64,000 nucleotides of DNA, taken from Polyangiaceae bacterium. GTDB taxonomy: Bacteria > Myxococcota_A > Polyangia > Polyangiales > Polyangiaceae. Position 1 is the stretch's first letter, and each line of letters begins with the position of its first letter. The stretch is from assembly GCA_965222375.1 (NCBI GenBank), contig CBDCTZ010000016.1, forward strand, positions 3,232,001-3,296,000, read 5' to 3'. The position numbers and the translations under genes were made by a program. Shown here piece by piece: positions 1 through 10,094 of this stretch. Under the pieces are notes generated by a model. It had not been told where the DNA came from, did not search any database, and worked only from the letters and a program-made list of their open reading frames with translations.

Positions 1-558
1 TTCCCCTGCGGGGTGCCGAAGTGGTTCATTGTAAACGAGGTTTCCCCCGCTCTGTGGCCTGGCAACGCGACCTATCGAGACTTCGTGGTCGAGTTTGCCA
101 AGACGCTTTCCGGCACCCACGGACGCACCGTTGTGGTCACCGCACCCTTCGATAACCCTGGCAAGAACGGGGCCTGGTGGAGTGCGCTGGCGCAACACGC
201 CTTCGTCGGTGCGCAGGTGTACCTCTCCGGCAAAGAAGTCAACGCCAAGGGCAATTCCGTCGCGTGGTGTCAATCCCAGTACCAAGCCAGCATCAACGCC
301 TACGCCAACCGCGGCGTAGCCAAGAACCGTCTGTTCCTCTTCGAACACTTCGGCAACACCCTGCCCAGCGTCGGCTGGGGGCGGGCAGGGGTTTCCAGCG
401 CTGGCTGGCACAACGCGATCAAGGCCCGCGCCCAGGCCCTGAAGAATCTGAAGCTGACCGGCTTCGTCAGCTACGGCTGGGGCGGCAACGACATGCACGC
501 TCCTCAAGCAGATCGCCTCGCGTTCATGCAGACCTATCTGCAGCAACGCCTGCCTTGA
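1..558 (+). CDS. Hypothetical protein, 5' truncated by window edge
   Basis: Frame open from base 1 to TGA 558, strong GC3 codon bias; no family recognised. Confidence 0.75.
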   Translation, partial: FPCGVPKWFIVNEVSPALWPGNATYRDFVVEFAKTLSGTHGRTVVVTAPFDNPGKNGAWWSALAQHAFVGAQVYLSGKEVNAKGNSVAWCQSQYQASINAYANRGVAKNRLFLFEHFGNTLPSVGWGRAGVSSAGWHNAIKARAQALKNLKLTGFVSYGWGGNDMHAPQADRLAFMQTYLQQRLP

Positions 559-1119
559 GCACCACCGCCAGCAGCCCGCCGCCCTGCTCAGTTCGGGCCA
601 ACGCTGCAGCTCACGTGCCCGAAATGCACGTTGGCACCGAGTCCGCCTCGCGCATCGCTCCAGACGAGTCCGTAGGCCTGCCCCGCTATACGCCTGCGGC
701 GTATAGCGGTTGTACTGCTTTTGCATCGCTCACTTGCAGCGCCGCTTGTGGGGCACCCGACGCCGTGATGCGAGAAAAGTACAACGCACGATGCCGGCCC
801 GGTCCACGCCGTGGACAAGGCGTCATAGCTGGGCGGCGGCTTTTGAGCATTAGATAGAATCGGACATTCCTGGTGTGTACTGGCGGCGCCACGCACAGCA
901 TTGGTGCCGGCCTCGTTTGGCGTGCAAGTGTCGACTTCATAATCCGTTCTGCCATCGCGCACCGGGGCGTTTCAAACCACGCGCGTTCGGCTGCTGGGGC
1001 GTCGCGGACCTGGCGCGGGAGTGGTGGCGAGCGCCAGCTCCGCCACAGGGTTGCAGGTGCCGGTTGACGGGTGGTCCGTCCTGAGCGTGCTACGTATGGG
1101 CCTTTCTCGAGCTCGACCG

Positions 1120-1746
1120 ATGCGACTTGCCGTACCACTGTGTGCCTTGGCTTTGGTGTTGCTTCCGTCGAGGACGACGTTGGCTGAGTCCGAGCTCGAT
1201 GTCAGCTCCGCTGAGGCCGCCTCCGGCTCGGGTCATGCGGCGGGCGACGCCTGGCCACGATTGAGATTCGGAGGGGGGCTCTTCGTCGGCGCGTTGGTGC
1301 CCTTGGAAGCAGGAGACCGGCCGGGACCCGGCGCGGGTGTGGGTGGGCGGATCGGTGCCATGTTCAGTCGCGACCTTGGCGCTCACTACGAGCTAAGCGG
1401 GCTGGACAACGTGATTTGGCGTGGGGGCAGGAGCAATGCGCTGCTGTCGCTCAACAACAGTGTTCTCGGAAACGTCGTGTTCTTCGACCGGCTAGAGCTG
1501 AGCGTTGGAGCTTCCTTGGCGTGGACACACGTGGCGTTCCGTGAAGAAAAGCCCCGCCAATTTCTCGAGGTATACGAGGGCATTTGGTTCGGTCCCACTG
1601 CACGAGTCGCGCTGCACTTTGCCGACACTGGAGGCGCGCTGAACGCCACCGAGCTTCCCTTTCGTGGTTCAGCCTTCTTTCAGGTAACCCACTTCATTCA
1701 AACCGCTGTCATGTACTCGGCGGGTGTGGGATTGGAGACTTGGTAA
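1120..1746 (+). CDS. Secreted putative outer-membrane beta-barrel protein
   Basis: Signal peptide MRLAVPLCALALVLL, alternating beta strands, C-terminal GVGLETW. Confidence 0.6.
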   Translation: MRLAVPLCALALVLLPSRTTLAESELDVSSAEAASGSGHAAGDAWPRLRFGGGLFVGALVPLEAGDRPGPGAGVGGRIGAMFSRDLGAHYELSGLDNVIWRGGRSNALLSLNNSVLGNVVFFDRLELSVGASLAWTHVAFREEKPRQFLEVYEGIWFGPTARVALHFADTGGALNATELPFRGSAFFQVTHFIQTAVMYSAGVGLETW

Positions 1747-1814
1747 AGATTCTTCGTCCGGACCGGCCGCCTGTTTTGTCCCCGGCGGCCCACCTCAGCG
1801 TGTACGATGCTCTG

Positions 1815-2183
1815 ATGGCGCAATTCGCTGAGCCCTTGATGAAGGCAGTGCTCTTCTGCATCTCTCTATCGGCCTGCTCGGGAGCGGGCGGCAAGGTCGT
1901 CCATGGGAGCGAAGTGGAGCCCGCCGTCGGGAGGCGCGTCCGGGTCGTTGGCACGGCAGCCAATGCCAAACTATCCGCCATCGTCTTGGTAGACGAGCGG
2001 CCCATCTACCTCCTCGGCAGAGCGCATTGGAGCGAGGAAGAACTGGGCGACACGGTGGAATTCGACTGCGTTTTGAAGAAAACCGAGCACCACAAGATGC
2101 GAACCGTAGACGGTGTCCCTCTTCAGGGGACGGACGGCGCGATCGTGTTCTGCGAGCCACCGGGCGGCTCCGCGTCCCAATGA
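1815..2183 (+). CDS. Small lipoprotein, possible OB-fold
   Basis: Lipobox LSAC; VGRRVRVVGTAANAK motif; TACGAT -10 box 6 nt before ATG 1815 (alternative ATG 1839). Confidence 0.6.
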   Translation: MAQFAEPLMKAVLFCISLSACSGAGGKVVHGSEVEPAVGRRVRVVGTAANAKLSAIVLVDERPIYLLGRAHWSEEELGDTVEFDCVLKKTEHHKMRTVDGVPLQGTDGAIVFCEPPGGSASQ

Positions 2184-2350
2184 TGTTGGCACACCGCCCG
2201 GAGTCGGCAGCTGCCGTCGAGGGAGGCCCACTCGGTTCGAGGGCGTCGTGGGGCCTCGCTCGGGAGTAGCGGCCTGGCGAGAGGTAGGGATGCGACCCCA
2301 CAACAAAACGACCACCATCTCGTAACCGAGTGTGTTTACCTACGGACGTC

Positions 2351-4075
2351 ATGCGGTGGCTGCCTGTCGCGTTGGTTCTGGCATCGTGCCACGCTGCTTC
2401 AGTTACACCTACACCTGCGCCCACACCTACACCGGCGCCGACCCGTCCCAACGTGCTCAAAGACGTGGAGGCGGCGCCGCAAGAGCCGATTAGTCGCGAG
2501 TTGCTCATCGCCGATATCGAGCAGCTGGCGGCGGTGTTGGGGAGTGCGCACCCTGATCCCTTCACACGGATCGGTGGTCGAATCGCATATTACAGAGTGG
2601 TGCGTGAAGCCATTGAGCGCGTGCCTGCCGCCGGCATGACGCGAAAGGCGTTCTTCAAGCTCATCCGGCCCATCGCTGCTGCGGTGCGAGATGGGCACAC
2701 GTTCATCCGTGATGAATGGCGCGATGGAGATGACAATCGGGTTTGGCTCGAACTCGAGCCGATCGACGATCACTTGGTGGTCACCCGCGTGTTCGATAGG
2801 CGACACGAGAAGGCGCTTGGTCACGTGCTCGTTTCGGTAGATGGTGTCGCTTTTGACGAGCTAACCCGACGGATGGCGGAACGTCGTGGCTACGATAATC
2901 GGTTCGGCAATCTCAAGCATCTGGCCCGCGCCTTGTCGCGCACGATGACGACTAGGGACCTGATGGAGAAGGACCGGATCCCAGGGTCATTGGTGTTCAA
3001 GGTCTCATCTCCCAAAGGCAAAGAGACCAGCCTCGACGTCGCGACGGGCGCAATTGCGCCCGGGCCGCCTATCCTGCCGCCTTCCAAGCTGAAGCTTCCT
3101 CAACCAAACGCAGCCGACATGGCATGGGGATACGTAGGTAAGAACAAGCGTGTCGCCTATTTGCGTCTCGACTCCATGAGGCGCTATCGCGAAGCATTCG
3201 AGCGGTGGAGGAGTGCGGGTTACGAACGCGGTTTGGGAAAACATCTCGACCTTGTGGCTGCCGCCGCGTCGCCGGGGCACAAGGCCAGAACAGTAGCGGA
3301 TAAAATCGCGCTCGTGCCGTCAGCCACCGAGATGCTGACCGAGATGACCGAAGCAATGAATGCCGCCGGCTCTCAAGAATTGGTCCTCGACTTGCGGCGT
3401 AATGAGGGTGGCAACTCCTTCATGGACCTCATCGTACAGTATTTTCTTTATCCTCTCGACGCGATCATCAGAGCGGAGCGCGGGTATCAAGTTCCCCGTT
3501 ATTCGAAACTGTACTTCGACAACTACAAGAACGCCGACGCGTCGACGCGTTCGATGCTCGGTCGATATGACTACCAATCCGAGATGAAGTGGCGCCGCGA
3601 ACGCAGCCGGAAAATCGATTCCGTCGAGTACGACCGCCGCCTCAAGGTGCTCGGTGAATTGGCGGAAAAGGCGCCGACCTTCGCCCGCGCCTTTTCCTCG
3701 CGACAACTCAATGCGAGCTGGACGGGTAGCGTGTTCGTTGTCATGTCAGCATTCACGTACAGCGCCGGATTCGACTTGGCGGTCGCGCTGATGCGCCACG
3801 GCGCCACCTTGGTCGGCACTCCCTCATCACAGGCAGGCAACTGCTTCATCGATACCCTCGGATTTCAGCTCAAGAACTCTCGTTTGACCGTGAACGTTTC
3901 TTACAAACTGAGCCTATTGTTCCCGGACAATGCCGAGATGGGCCGAGTGCTGCCGCCGAAGCGCCTGCTCTCCTACGCCCGGTTTGCCGAGTTCAAGTTC
4001 GATCCGAACGCCAGCATCATGCTGGCGCTGGGCAAGCCGGGCGCTCGTGCAGCGGATCTGCCTGGGCTTCGTTGA
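2351..4075 (+). CDS. S41 family peptidase lipoprotein
   Basis: Lipobox LASC; LVLDLRRNEGGN, TYSAG, LVGTPS motifs; N-terminal HPDPF and DGHT motifs. Confidence 0.85.
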   Translation: MRWLPVALVLASCHAASVTPTPAPTPTPAPTRPNVLKDVEAAPQEPISRELLIADIEQLAAVLGSAHPDPFTRIGGRIAYYRVVREAIERVPAAGMTRKAFFKLIRPIAAAVRDGHTFIRDEWRDGDDNRVWLELEPIDDHLVVTRVFDRRHEKALGHVLVSVDGVAFDELTRRMAERRGYDNRFGNLKHLARALSRTMTTRDLMEKDRIPGSLVFKVSSPKGKETSLDVATGAIAPGPPILPPSKLKLPQPNAADMAWGYVGKNKRVAYLRLDSMRRYREAFERWRSAGYERGLGKHLDLVAAAASPGHKARTVADKIALVPSATEMLTEMTEAMNAAGSQELVLDLRRNEGGNSFMDLIVQYFLYPLDAIIRAERGYQVPRYSKLYFDNYKNADASTRSMLGRYDYQSEMKWRRERSRKIDSVEYDRRLKVLGELAEKAPTFARAFSSRQLNASWTGSVFVVMSAFTYSAGFDLAVALMRHGATLVGTPSSQAGNCFIDTLGFQLKNSRLTVNVSYKLSLLFPDNAEMGRVLPPKRLLSYARFAEFKFDPNASIMLALGKPGARAADLPGLR

Positions 4076-4126
4076 CACCTACTTATCCAGTGTCGGTTTC
4101 CGCGACGGGGTTTCGCGCTCTCCGAA

Positions 4127-4790
4127 TCAAAAAGTAAGCCCGCCGGATAGTCGGGGCACGAGTAGCCAGAAGCGGCCGTAGCTGCGTTCTTCGGCGGCGG
4201 TGTTCTGGCGTTTCAGGCAGGTGACAGGCACCGCGGGATCGCAGGGTGGTACTCCGGTTTCGCTGTGGTCGTGGTCGGGGCCGCTGGTGATGAAGATGGG
4301 CACTGCGATGTCGAAGCCGATGTGCCTGGGCTTCGTTGCGCCAGCGCACACCCGCGCTTGGCATCACGAAGGGCGCGATCCCGGTTTGGCTCGTGCCGGA
4401 GCCCTCGACGAAGGCATCCGTCGTCGTGCCCGACGCGGTGGCGTTTCCAGAGATACGATCCCGTGCGGAAAAAAGCGCGGCGCTGGCAGGTGACCATCCA
4501 CGTCCCAGCTCTTCGACAGCTCGTGGCGATAGCCGGCGCCCAGGGTGACGAAGGGGCCGCGCCCGCGGACCGCGTCCGCATAGTTGTAGTCCACGTTAGT
4601 CTGGGTCGCTCCGCTGCCCGAGGTTTCGCTGGCACTGTGAGTGACGCCCTTCGCGAGCCAGAGGTAGCCGGCGCTGGCTTCGACAGCGAGGCGGAATGGA
4701 AACTCGTAGCCCACCAGGCCGTCTGCCATCAGGCCACCGGCCAGGCCGTTTTCGGAGCGGTCTCCGTCGTCGAGCTCGTGATCTGCTCCG
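4127..4790 (-). pseudogene. Fragment of a beta-barrel protein, 5' truncated, two frameshifts
   Basis: Three frames join: ...GLVGYEFPFRLAVEASAGYLWL...DVDGHL / SAALFSARDRISGNATASG...FVMPSAGVRW / HIGFDIAVPIF...LVPRLSGGLTF*. Confidence 0.6.
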
Positions 4791-4865
4791 GCCGATTCGA
4801 ATCAGCTGTGCGCCCAAGCCGCGGCGCTGAATATGCGATCCGATGCTCGCAACGGAGGTGCCACG

Positions 4866-5900
4866 ATGAGCCGCTTCCGCAATCTGGTTCGCTTTGGCGC
4901 CGCTTTTCTGGTTTCAACGGCCGCGTCGGAGGCGTGGGGCCAGCAGCCAGCTGGCCGAGTGTTGTTGTCTTTGGACTACGAAGCCCCGGCAAAATGTCCG
5001 TCCCGCCTCGAAATTGCAGAGCGGATTTCCCAGCGCAGCGACCGAGTGTCGGTCACGGACGGCGTAGGCGACTTCCACGTGCGTGTCAGGATTACCGGAA
5101 CCGCCGGTAAGGCAATCGCCCACTTGGAGCTCACTCGAGGTTCAGACACGAAAGTGCGCTCAACACCGGTGTCCGCTTGCGAGGATGCAATGGACGCGAT
5201 TGCGCTCATCATCGTGCTGGCCGTTGATCCGCGAGCATCGCTCACCCCCCGGCCACCTCAGCCCGCGACCGGGAAGAGCCGGGGAGCCCGGGTCGCGCGA
5301 GCGTCCAGACACGCCGGTGCGAAACCCCAGCAGGTGCCCCTGGCTGTGGACCGCGGTAGGCGACCGTCCCCACCGCTCGTCGGCGAGGAGATGGGGATTG
5401 CACCCGAAATTTCGATACTCGGAGGCGTGGGGCCACGCCCGCTCGTGGCCGGTGGGCTGGCTGGGCGCTGGACCTTGGAAGCGGCCTCCGGCCTCAATCC
5501 GACCCTGCACGTTGCGGCGCTGCGCAGCCTATCCCAAGACGTTGCCACACCTGCCGGCACGGCGAACCTTCGCTGGACGGGTGTGGCGGGCCATATTTGT
5601 CCGGCCCGACTGCATTGGGAGAGTCTTGCGGCGCTCTTATGCGCTACCGCTGACGTGGGGGTCGTGGAGGCTGTCGGGCGCGACACACCGAACCCAGAGG
5701 GGGTATCCAGGTGGTGGTTCGCGCCCGGGGTGGGTCTTGGATTCGAGTGGCGCCCATCGCCGGGCGTGCTGGCTCACAGCGGCATCCGGGCCAGCGTTCC
5801 GGTCCTTCGTGACCGCTATTTCCTGCGGCCGGATGAGACGGTGCATCGACCGCCGGTCGCCACAGCAGCCGCCAATCTGGGCGTCGGCGCCAGATTCTAG
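4866..5900 (+). CDS. Secreted protein with C-terminal beta-barrel, first gene of an ECF operon
   Basis: Signal peptide; YEAPAKCPS and CEDAMDAIALII motifs typical of myxobacterial ECF-linked proteins; ends GVGARF. Confidence 0.75.
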   Translation: MSRFRNLVRFGAAFLVSTAASEAWGQQPAGRVLLSLDYEAPAKCPSRLEIAERISQRSDRVSVTDGVGDFHVRVRITGTAGKAIAHLELTRGSDTKVRSTPVSACEDAMDAIALIIVLAVDPRASLTPRPPQPATGKSRGARVARASRHAGAKPQQVPLAVDRGRRPSPPLVGEEMGIAPEISILGGVGPRPLVAGGLAGRWTLEAASGLNPTLHVAALRSLSQDVATPAGTANLRWTGVAGHICPARLHWESLAALLCATADVGVVEAVGRDTPNPEGVSRWWFAPGVGLGFEWRPSPGVLAHSGIRASVPVLRDRYFLRPDETVHRPPVATAAANLGVGARF

Positions 5901-5943
5901 TGATCGAAGAAGGCGACCCCAGCGATTAAGCGGCGTGCGGACA

Positions 5944-6537
5944 ATGACCACGACCTCCGTTCTGGGCCCCGTGTGGCCGGCGCCCATGGGCGAGATTTTG
6001 TCACGCCCTTCCCACAGCCCGCCGCAAGCCGGAGTCGATCTTTGCTCCCACGTCGACCTCGTGTGGCGCCTACTTCGGCGCTTGGGTGTCCCGCGTGAGC
6101 TCGCCGACGATGCTGCGCAGGAAGTCTTTGTGATCGCCACGTCCAAGTTGGGCCAGATACGACCGGGCAAGGAGCGCGCCTTTCTGTTCGGAGTATCGCT
6201 GAATGTTGCAGCGCGGTTTCGTCGAGCTCGAGCTCGTAGGCGAGAGGTATCGGACGAGCAGGAGCTAGAGCATCAGCAAGCTCCGGGCATTCAACCAGAC
6301 GACGCCGTCGAGCTGCGCCGAATCGGCCGTCTGCTCGACCAGGTCATGAGCGAGATGCCTGAGAAGCTCCGCATCGTGTTTGCTCTTTTCGAAATCGAAC
6401 AGATGAGCGCACCAGAGATTGCTGAGATCCTGAGCGTGCCTCAGGGGACGGTTGCGTCCCGGCTCCGGCTGGCTCGCAAGGCTTTTCACAAGGGCGTCCA
6501 GCGGGCGAACCAACGACACTCGAGGAGGCGAAAGTGA
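5944..6537 (+). CDS. ECF sigma-70 factor
   Basis: Region 2 VWRLLRRLGV...ADDAAQEVF; region 4 EIAEILSVPQGTVASRLRLAR. Confidence 0.92.
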   Translation: MTTTSVLGPVWPAPMGEILSRPSHSPPQAGVDLCSHVDLVWRLLRRLGVPRELADDAAQEVFVIATSKLGQIRPGKERAFLFGVSLNVAARFRRARARRREVSDEQELEHQQAPGIQPDDAVELRRIGRLLDQVMSEMPEKLRIVFALFEIEQMSAPEIAEILSVPQGTVASRLRLARKAFHKGVQRANQRHSRRRK

Positions 6538-7421
6538 CGGAACCGAAGCCGTTGAAGGGCTCCGACCTGACGAGCCTTGAGAGGCAATTGCTCGACTTTG
6601 CGCGCAGCGAGCGCGCCAACCCCGCCACGCGGCGACGCATCATCGCGAGTACGCTAGCTGCAGCAAGCGTCACCACGGGTGCGCAGGTTGGCGCCGCTGC
6701 CGCGGCGGGCACCTCCGTGAAAGTGGGCGTATGGGGCATCGTCACATCCCTGGGCATAGGCGTTGCCGTCGGGATTGTTGCCGTAGCGGACAGCGAGGTG
6801 ACCCAAGATGAGCGTGCTTACCAGGCTCCCGCTGCCGTGGCGCGTATCCAGCCTACGGTCACAGCGCCAGTTGTGACAAGCAGGAGTGAGGCACCAGTCG
6901 AAAAAGCTGTCGAGCGCTCATCCCACTCGACAGCGTCCGTTGAGCGAGCGCCGGCTTTCGGACCTTCCCGCAGATCGCGGCCGGTCAAGCGAGCGCCGGC
7001 TTTCGGACCTTCCCTCAGATCGCGGCCGGTCAAGCGAGCGCCGAATCACGGCACGCCACTCAAGAGCGTTGGTCGAAGTCGAGCGTCGTTCTCACTTCCA
7101 ACGGCGAGCGTGGTGAAGCCGCAATCGCGGGGCCTGCAAGAGGAAGTGGCGCTTGTCGATCGCGCTCGCCGGGCGTTTGAAAACGGTAACCCAGACCAGG
7201 TGCTTCGTCATGTTGCGGCCCATCGGAAGAAGTTCAGGCACTCTGCCGTGTTGGCACCGGAGGCTGCGTTGCTGGAAATCGAGGCGCTAGTGGCGCGCGG
7301 CCAGCTGTTGGATGCCGCCCAGCGTGCACGAGTTTTTGTCAGTAAGCATGCTGACGATCCTCAGTCGGATCGAGTTCGTCGGCTTCAAGATGAGATTCGC
7401 GCCAAGAGCGCGGGGCGGTAG
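6534..7421 (+). CDS. Putative membrane anti-sigma factor with C-terminal TPR-like domain
   Basis: Overlaps sigma stop (GTGA); one TM helix, Pro/Ala linker, LQEEVALVDRARRA...LAPEAALLEIEAL domain. Confidence 0.75.
   Translation: MTEPKPLKGSDLTSLERQLLDFARSERANPATRRRIIASTLAAASVTTGAQVGAAAAAGTSVKVGVWGIVTSLGIGVAVGIVAVADSEVTQDERAYQAPAAVARIQPTVTAPVVTSRSEAPVEKAVERSSHSTASVERAPAFGPSRRSRPVKRAPAFGPSLRSRPVKRAPNHGTPLKSVGRSRASFSLPTASVVKPQSRGLQEEVALVDRARRAFENGNPDQVLRHVAAHRKKFRHSAVLAPEAALLEIEALVARGQLLDAAQRARVFVSKHADDPQSDRVRRLQDEIRAKSAGR
6943..7043 (+). repeat. 45-bp tandem repeat (2.2 copies), in frame
   Basis: agcgagcgccggctttcggaccttccc(g/t)cagatcgcggccggtca twice plus a partial copy; encodes RAPAFGPSxRSRPVK. 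Confidence 0.9.
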
Positions 7422-7462
7422 CGAGCGGGAGCTCGTTGCGAACCAGCCAAGAAGTGAGGAAA

Positions 7463-8836
7463 ATGATGAGGGCTCGAGAAGATTGTGCGGTTGCATTGGT
7501 TGTTGGCCTGGTTGCTGGTTGCTCGACGGACGTGCCGTTGGGGGGCCCTTATGGCGCTGGCGGAAACTCCACCGGCGGAGTCGCGGGGGCGGCAGCATCC
7601 GGCGGCTCGTTGGTGACACCGACGGGCGGTAGTAGTGGGGGAGGAGGCCAGGCGGGTGCCAGTTCAAGCGGCGGCCTGGCTGGGGTTGGCGGCGGCGTTG
7701 CGGGCGCTGGCGCGGTCGCAGGTTCCGCTGGCGCCGGCGGTTCGAGCGGTGCCGGCGGCAGTTCGACAGTTGGCTGGTCTGCGATCCCGAACAGTCCCTA
7801 CTTCGGAGGGGTTGTCGGCCTGAGTTGGTCGGGTGTCGTAGCTCACGGCGCGAGTATGTTCGTGGCTGGAGGCGTTTGGGATCCGCATATCACATCGCTC
7901 AAAACCACCGGGGAGTTTCTTCGCTACGACACCGACACGAAGAGTTGGTCTGCGCTTGCGCCGCTCCCAGTCGGTGGACGCATGGATGCACCCATGGCGC
8001 ACACAGGTACGCACGTGATCCTGTGGGGCGGCAGTGGGGGTGGTGATGTTTTGACGAACCAGCAGCTCCCGCTTGGGGACGGCGCAATTTACGACGTCGC
8101 AGCGTCGAGCTGGACGACCATCAGTGCCGGTCCGGGATCGCCTGCTCCGCGGACCCGTCACGCATTCGCTTGGGATGAGGGTAGCGGTAGCATTCTGGTC
8201 TGGGGTGGCTCAGGCCCGAAGGGCGTGGCCCTGTCGGACGGCTACGCCTACAACCTGGCGAAGGGGACGTGGTCACCCCTTCCTCCTGCGCCTCTCAGCG
8301 GTAGGTATGCTTTCGCACAAGCGTGGGACCCCAAAGCGCGACGCCTTTACATTTGGGGCGGCAACGCAGCGGCGCACCCGCCGCATGCCGATGGTGCCTA
8401 CTATGATTCCGGTTCGAGTACGTGGCACTCGCTGCCCGCCGCACCCGGCGCTTTGATCGCAAGTGGACAGCAGTCCTACGGGACCTGGGCTGACGGTCGT
8501 TTCTTCGTGTTTACCAGCTATGCGTTTGGAGAGGCGGCGGCAGTTTTCGATCCCCAGACGAGCAAGTGGACTGCTGTGCCCAAGCCGCCGAGCCTACCGT
8601 ACGTTGATATTCATCGGGAGGGTGTGAGCCTCGCCGTGGGCGCCGGGCGAGTGTTCTTGTATGGCTCCTCGTCGCTCTACACGGTTGACCTGAAAAGTCT
8701 GGCTTGGCAGCGCTTGGCAGCTCCTATCTCTCGCACAGGCACGGCGTTTGCTTGGACTTCCGAGGGTCTGGCGATCTGGGGTGGCCACACATCAAACACG
8801 GTCGCGTCTCCCGACGGCGTGCTGCTCCAGCTCTGA
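7463..8836 (+). CDS. Kelch-repeat beta-propeller lipoprotein
   Basis: Lipobox VAGC, Gly/Ser linker, repeated ILWGG/LVWGG/YIWGG...YD...W Kelch motifs. Confidence 0.88.
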   Translation: MMRAREDCAVALVVGLVAGCSTDVPLGGPYGAGGNSTGGVAGAAASGGSLVTPTGGSSGGGGQAGASSSGGLAGVGGGVAGAGAVAGSAGAGGSSGAGGSSTVGWSAIPNSPYFGGVVGLSWSGVVAHGASMFVAGGVWDPHITSLKTTGEFLRYDTDTKSWSALAPLPVGGRMDAPMAHTGTHVILWGGSGGGDVLTNQQLPLGDGAIYDVAASSWTTISAGPGSPAPRTRHAFAWDEGSGSILVWGGSGPKGVALSDGYAYNLAKGTWSPLPPAPLSGRYAFAQAWDPKARRLYIWGGNAAAHPPHADGAYYDSGSSTWHSLPAAPGALIASGQQSYGTWADGRFFVFTSYAFGEAAAVFDPQTSKWTAVPKPPSLPYVDIHREGVSLAVGAGRVFLYGSSSLYTVDLKSLAWQRLAAPISRTGTAFAWTSEGLAIWGGHTSNTVASPDGVLLQL

Positions 8837-9304
8837 AACGGCTCACCCCTGCGCGCTGACCTTCCGCAGCTGGTTGCTTTCCTTCGGGCTCGCACGACCA
8901 CGCGCCGACATCACGCAGCTACTGACCGAGGCACGGGTCTTGGCACGCCAGCTCCTCCGAGCCTTCGTGCCCAGATCCCTGTGCCCGAGCAGCTGCTGGT
9001 CCGGGCCCCAGCACTGTGGCTCGCCCTATCAAGACCAATGCTGGGTGCAGTGTGCAGACGTGGCAACGAGAGGCGTGGAAACTGGGTCCCATCCGTGCGA
9101 TGGTGGGCTCAGTGTCCACTGGTTTCGCATCTATCACTGGGCGGAGCGTCGGCTATCCCAACAGAGCCGGCGGCATGACAGCTGCTACGCTGGACCACAT
9201 GAATGGGTTCTGCTCGGCTGAGGTCGTCACGCCTGGCCACGGCCGATTTCGATCAGAGCCAACCGGATCGTCTCAGTCGTGAGCCCCAGCCTACGAGAGG
9301 AAGC

Positions 9305-9730
9305 ATGAATAAGGACAATAGCGAGATATCACGCCGCACATTTGTGGTCCTGACAATTGGCAGTGTCGCTCTAGCCGCCGCTTGCGGCTCGGACGACGAA
9401 GGAAAGCCCGGCAGCAACCCGGGCTCCGGCGGTGGCGCAGGAGCAGGCGGCAGCGCTGGAGCGGGTGGTGACGCAGGCTCCGGCAACCAGGCACCCGTTT
9501 GGACGACCGTTCCCACAATTCAGTTCGTGCAGGGCATTGCGTCGAGCGTTTCGATTGCGGAATACGTTAGCGACGCGGATGGCGATGCGCTAACCATATC
9601 CCTCAACAGCGTTCCACTACCTGCCGGGGTGACCTACGACCAACCGGGCAAGCGCTTCGTCTACGATGGCGTGGGCGCGGTCTCGACTACGTCCGGTCAC
9701 GTACTTACGGCCGACGACGGGCAAGGTTGA
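9305..9730 (+). CDS. Tat-signal lipoprotein with C-terminal Ig/cadherin-like domain
   Basis: SD agagga; SRRTFV twin-arginine motif, lipobox AAAC, Gly linker, NQAPVW...SDADGDALT...LPAGV. Confidence 0.82.
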   Translation: MNKDNSEISRRTFVVLTIGSVALAAACGSDDEGKPGSNPGSGGGAGAGGSAGAGGDAGSGNQAPVWTTVPTIQFVQGIASSVSIAEYVSDADGDALTISLNSVPLPAGVTYDQPGKRFVYDGVGAVSTTSGHVLTADDGQG

Positions 9731-9832
9731 ACGGCCGGGCTTGGAGCGAAACAGCAGTTGTGCGGACCGCGCCAAGGCGCATGGCTCTGGTGATCTGCGG
9801 TGGGAGGGACCCCTCTGTGCCAACGATCATGA

Positions 9833-10005
9833 GACACCTGGGCGTGGAGCAGCCGCCGCTGCCGGACGAGCTGAAGCACGACGAGCACTGATGGTCGCCG
9901 TGAACAGAGCCGCTGGCGAACTCGGCAGCAAGAAGGCGGCATGTGAAGCGCTCGGGGTGCCCAGAGCGACGTACTACCGAAGTCATACTCGTTGACATTT
10001 TCCGG
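9833..10005 (+). mobile_element. IS3-family remnant (orfA end and orfB start), no DDE domain
   Basis: LGVEQPPLPDELKHDEH* overlaps via TGATG with MVAVNRAAGELGSKKAACEALGVPRATYYR, typical of IS3 OrfB N-terminal HTH. Confidence 0.7.
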
Positions 10006-10094
10006 GGGCCTTGGTCCAATGGCAGCGTCATCAGCGGCGCGCCGACCGAACTTTCGAGCACCACGTTCGTCGCGAGCGCCGAGGTTGAAGAGCC

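Noticed and set aside
686..706. Perfect hairpin CTATACGCC-TGC-GGCGTATAG
   Set aside because: Single copy with no adjacent U tract; cannot be assigned as a terminator, REP or ncRNA
5083..5943. N-terminal extension of the 484-aa sigma ORF
   Set aside because: Overlaps the 4866 gene out of frame; the sigma domain starts after ATG 5944
8840..9290. Cys-rich short ORFs in the gap before the Tat lipoprotein
   Set aside because: No consistent frame, start or recognisable motif
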